A stretch of DNA of 63,680 bases, filler included. It is 5 parts of 5 records of this genome, joined end to end, with 100 filler letters (N's around TTAATTAATTAA, not from the genome) between each part and the next. Parts side by side here need not be neighbours in the genome. Positions count along the whole stretch, not along the records: positions 58,399 to 63,680 come from SRR31147125_1932; 4 more parts are not named here. One strand, 5' to 3'. A program made the translations under genes and the position numbers. Of the stretch, positions 62,243-63,680 are shown piece by piece. Every line of letters starts with the position of its first letter. The first letter of the stretch is position 1. The notes below the pieces were generated by a model that saw only the letters and a program-made list of their open reading frames with translations, had not been told where the DNA came from and ran no database searches.

Positions 62243-63493
62243 TTATTTTATTCCGATGTCAGTCCTAAACTGCGCTCCGTTAAAGTTTATTCTATCTACA
62301 TCAGAATATGCATTTTCTCTTGCTTCTTTTATATCTTTACCAAGAGCAGTTACGCCAATCACTCTTCCACCGTTTGTGAAATAAGTACCGTCTTGTTTGG
62401 ATGTCCCGGCATGGAACACAATTGAATGTTGAATTTTATTTAAGCCGTTAATAACTTCACCTTTTTTATATGAACCAGGATATCCGCCGGATGCCATCAC
62501 TACGCATACAGCTCTTTTTTCTTCCCATTTAAGCTCTATATTGCAAAGGGTACCGTCTATGCAGGCTTCTATAATCTCTAATAAATCATTTTTTAGTCTT
62601 GGGAGAACGACCTGGGCTTCCGGGTCACCGAACCGTGCATTATATTCGAGAACCCTGGGACCATCCTTTGTTAACATTAGACCGAAAAATATAATACCTT
62701 TGAATGGCCTGCCTTCTTGTTTCAGTGCTTCAACAGTCGGCTGTATAATACTCTCTTCCACCTGTTTTTGTATTTCAGTCGTGTATTTTGGTGACGGTGA
62801 GAACGTCCCCATACCACCGGTATTTGGCCCCTCATCGCCGTCAAAAGCACGCTTGTGATCTTGTGCGCTTGCCATAGGCAGTATCGTTTCTCCATCACAG
62901 AAAGAAAGCACGGAAACCTCCGGACCTTCTATAAACTCCTCTACCACTACCCTGTTTCCAGCATCACCAAATTTCTTATCTAGCATTATAAGCTTAAGAG
63001 CTTGATCAGCTTCTTTACGTGCATTGCAGATTATCACACCTTTGCCAAGCGCAAGACCATCCGCTTTTATTACAATCGGCAGATTACAATTCTGCACATA
63101 AGTAAGCGCTTCTTTATAATCTTCAAACACTTCGTATTGAGCTGTTGGGATGCTATATTTTTTCATCAGGTCTTTAGCGTAAACCTTACTTCCTTCTATC
63201 TCTGAAGCCAATTTGGTTGGTCCAAAAGCCCTGATGTCATTCTCCACAAGTTTGTCTACCAGCCCCATATAAAGTGGATCGTCAGGCGCAACTATTACGA
63301 GGTTGAACTTTTCGTTTTGTGCATAATCAACAATAGCTTCTATGTCAGTCGCTTTTATAGGCACGCAGGTTGCTATGTCGCTGATACCGCCGTTGCCTGG
63401 TGCACAGTGTATTTCCTTTATATTTTCATTTTGCCTAAGTTTCCATATTATTGCGTGTTCTCGCCCGCCGCCGCCGACCACCAGTATTTTCAT
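62243..63493 (-). CDS. purD: phosphoribosylamine-glycine ligase
   Basis: GGGGREHA, KADGLALGKGV, QDHKR, GPNTGGMG, EYNARFGDPE, TNGGRV. Confidence 0.99.
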   Translation of the reverse strand: MKILVVGGGGREHAIIWKLRQNENIKEIHCAPGNGGISDIATCVPIKATDIEAIVDYAQNEKFNLVIVAPDDPLYMGLVDKLVENDIRAFGPTKLASEIEGSKVYAKDLMKKYSIPTAQYEVFEDYKEALTYVQNCNLPIVIKADGLALGKGVIICNARKEADQALKLIMLDKKFGDAGNRVVVEEFIEGPEVSVLSFCDGETILPMASAQDHKRAFDGDEGPNTGGMGTFSPSPKYTTEIQKQVEESIIQPTVEALKQEGRPFKGIIFFGLMLTKDGPRVLEYNARFGDPEAQVVLPRLKNDLLEIIEACIDGTLCNIELKWEEKRAVCVVMASGGYPGSYKKGEVINGLNKIQHSIVFHAGTSKQDGTYFTNGGRVIGVTALGKDIKEARENAYSDVDRINFNGAQFRTDIGIK

Positions 63494-63581
63494 TTATATA
63501 AATAATCCTTTCCAACAATATCAAAAGCTGCGCAGTTCATACTAACTACGATTCGTCTATGCCAAACTTAAACCTTCTAAT

Positions 63582-63680
63582 TTAATGCTTAAAGTGTCTC
63601 ATCCCTGTGAATATCATAGATATACCAAGCTCATCACATGCTTTTATAGAATCTTCGTCACGAATGCTGCCGCCCGGCTG
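63582..63680 (-). CDS. purH: AICAR transformylase/IMP cyclohydrolase, C-terminal 32 aa (5' truncated)
   Basis: [32 protein letters not shown]; upstream of purD. Confidence 0.93.
   Translation of the reverse strand, partial: QPGGSIRDEDSIKACDELGISMIFTGMRHFKH

Noticed and set aside
704..63545. Many 60-145 aa ORFs antisense to or nested in clear genes (e.g. 9119-9430, 16308-16616, 23274-23468, 35103-35312, 45785-46219, 51066-51500, 53740-54141)
   Set aside because: Shadow frames of well-supported genes, with no recognisable motifs

Overview
This window is not one locus. It is five unrelated contigs joined by 100-bp artificial linkers (N44-TTAATTAATTAA-N44 at 7100-7199, 23761-23860, 49544-49643, 58299-58398). 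Contig 1 (1-7099, Clostridia-like): ECF sigma plus a membrane partner, GH114-like lipoprotein, GT4, MFS, His-tailed EamA transporter, end of a GH94 phosphorylase. Contig 2 (7200-23760, very AT-rich diderm, Fusobacteriota-like by inference): MCP, an HxlR/OYE/nitroreductase module, HtrA, Cache-degenerate GGDEF protein, two membrane-anchored LuxR regulators flanking an outer-membrane barrel, MarR-rhodanese, PEGA lipoprotein, histidine kinase, LDCC mini-protein. Contig 3 (23861-49543, Bacteroidota): two giant divergent surface proteins, SNF2 ATPase, housekeeping genes, alaS, three tandem M23 peptidases. Contig 4 (49644-58298, higher GC, Desulfuromonadales-like by inference): type II secretion operon lacking gspG, with an in-frame TGA in gspF. 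Contig 5 (58399-63680, Clostridia-like): purH-purD, degV, GIY-YIG, hutP-cmk-plsC-ispH. About 16 frameshifts lie in homopolymers or short repeats across all five contigs and are most likely sequencing errors. I found no CRISPR array, tRNA, rRNA, transposase or recognised defence system, and no unambiguous novel system. Best leads: the shared operator-promoter architecture of the HxlR module, the TM-LuxR/OMP/TM-LuxR triad, an unannotated MITE-like family, two missed Cys-rich mini-proteins, and the anomalous T2SS operon. All calls come from reading motifs by eye; no database searches were run.
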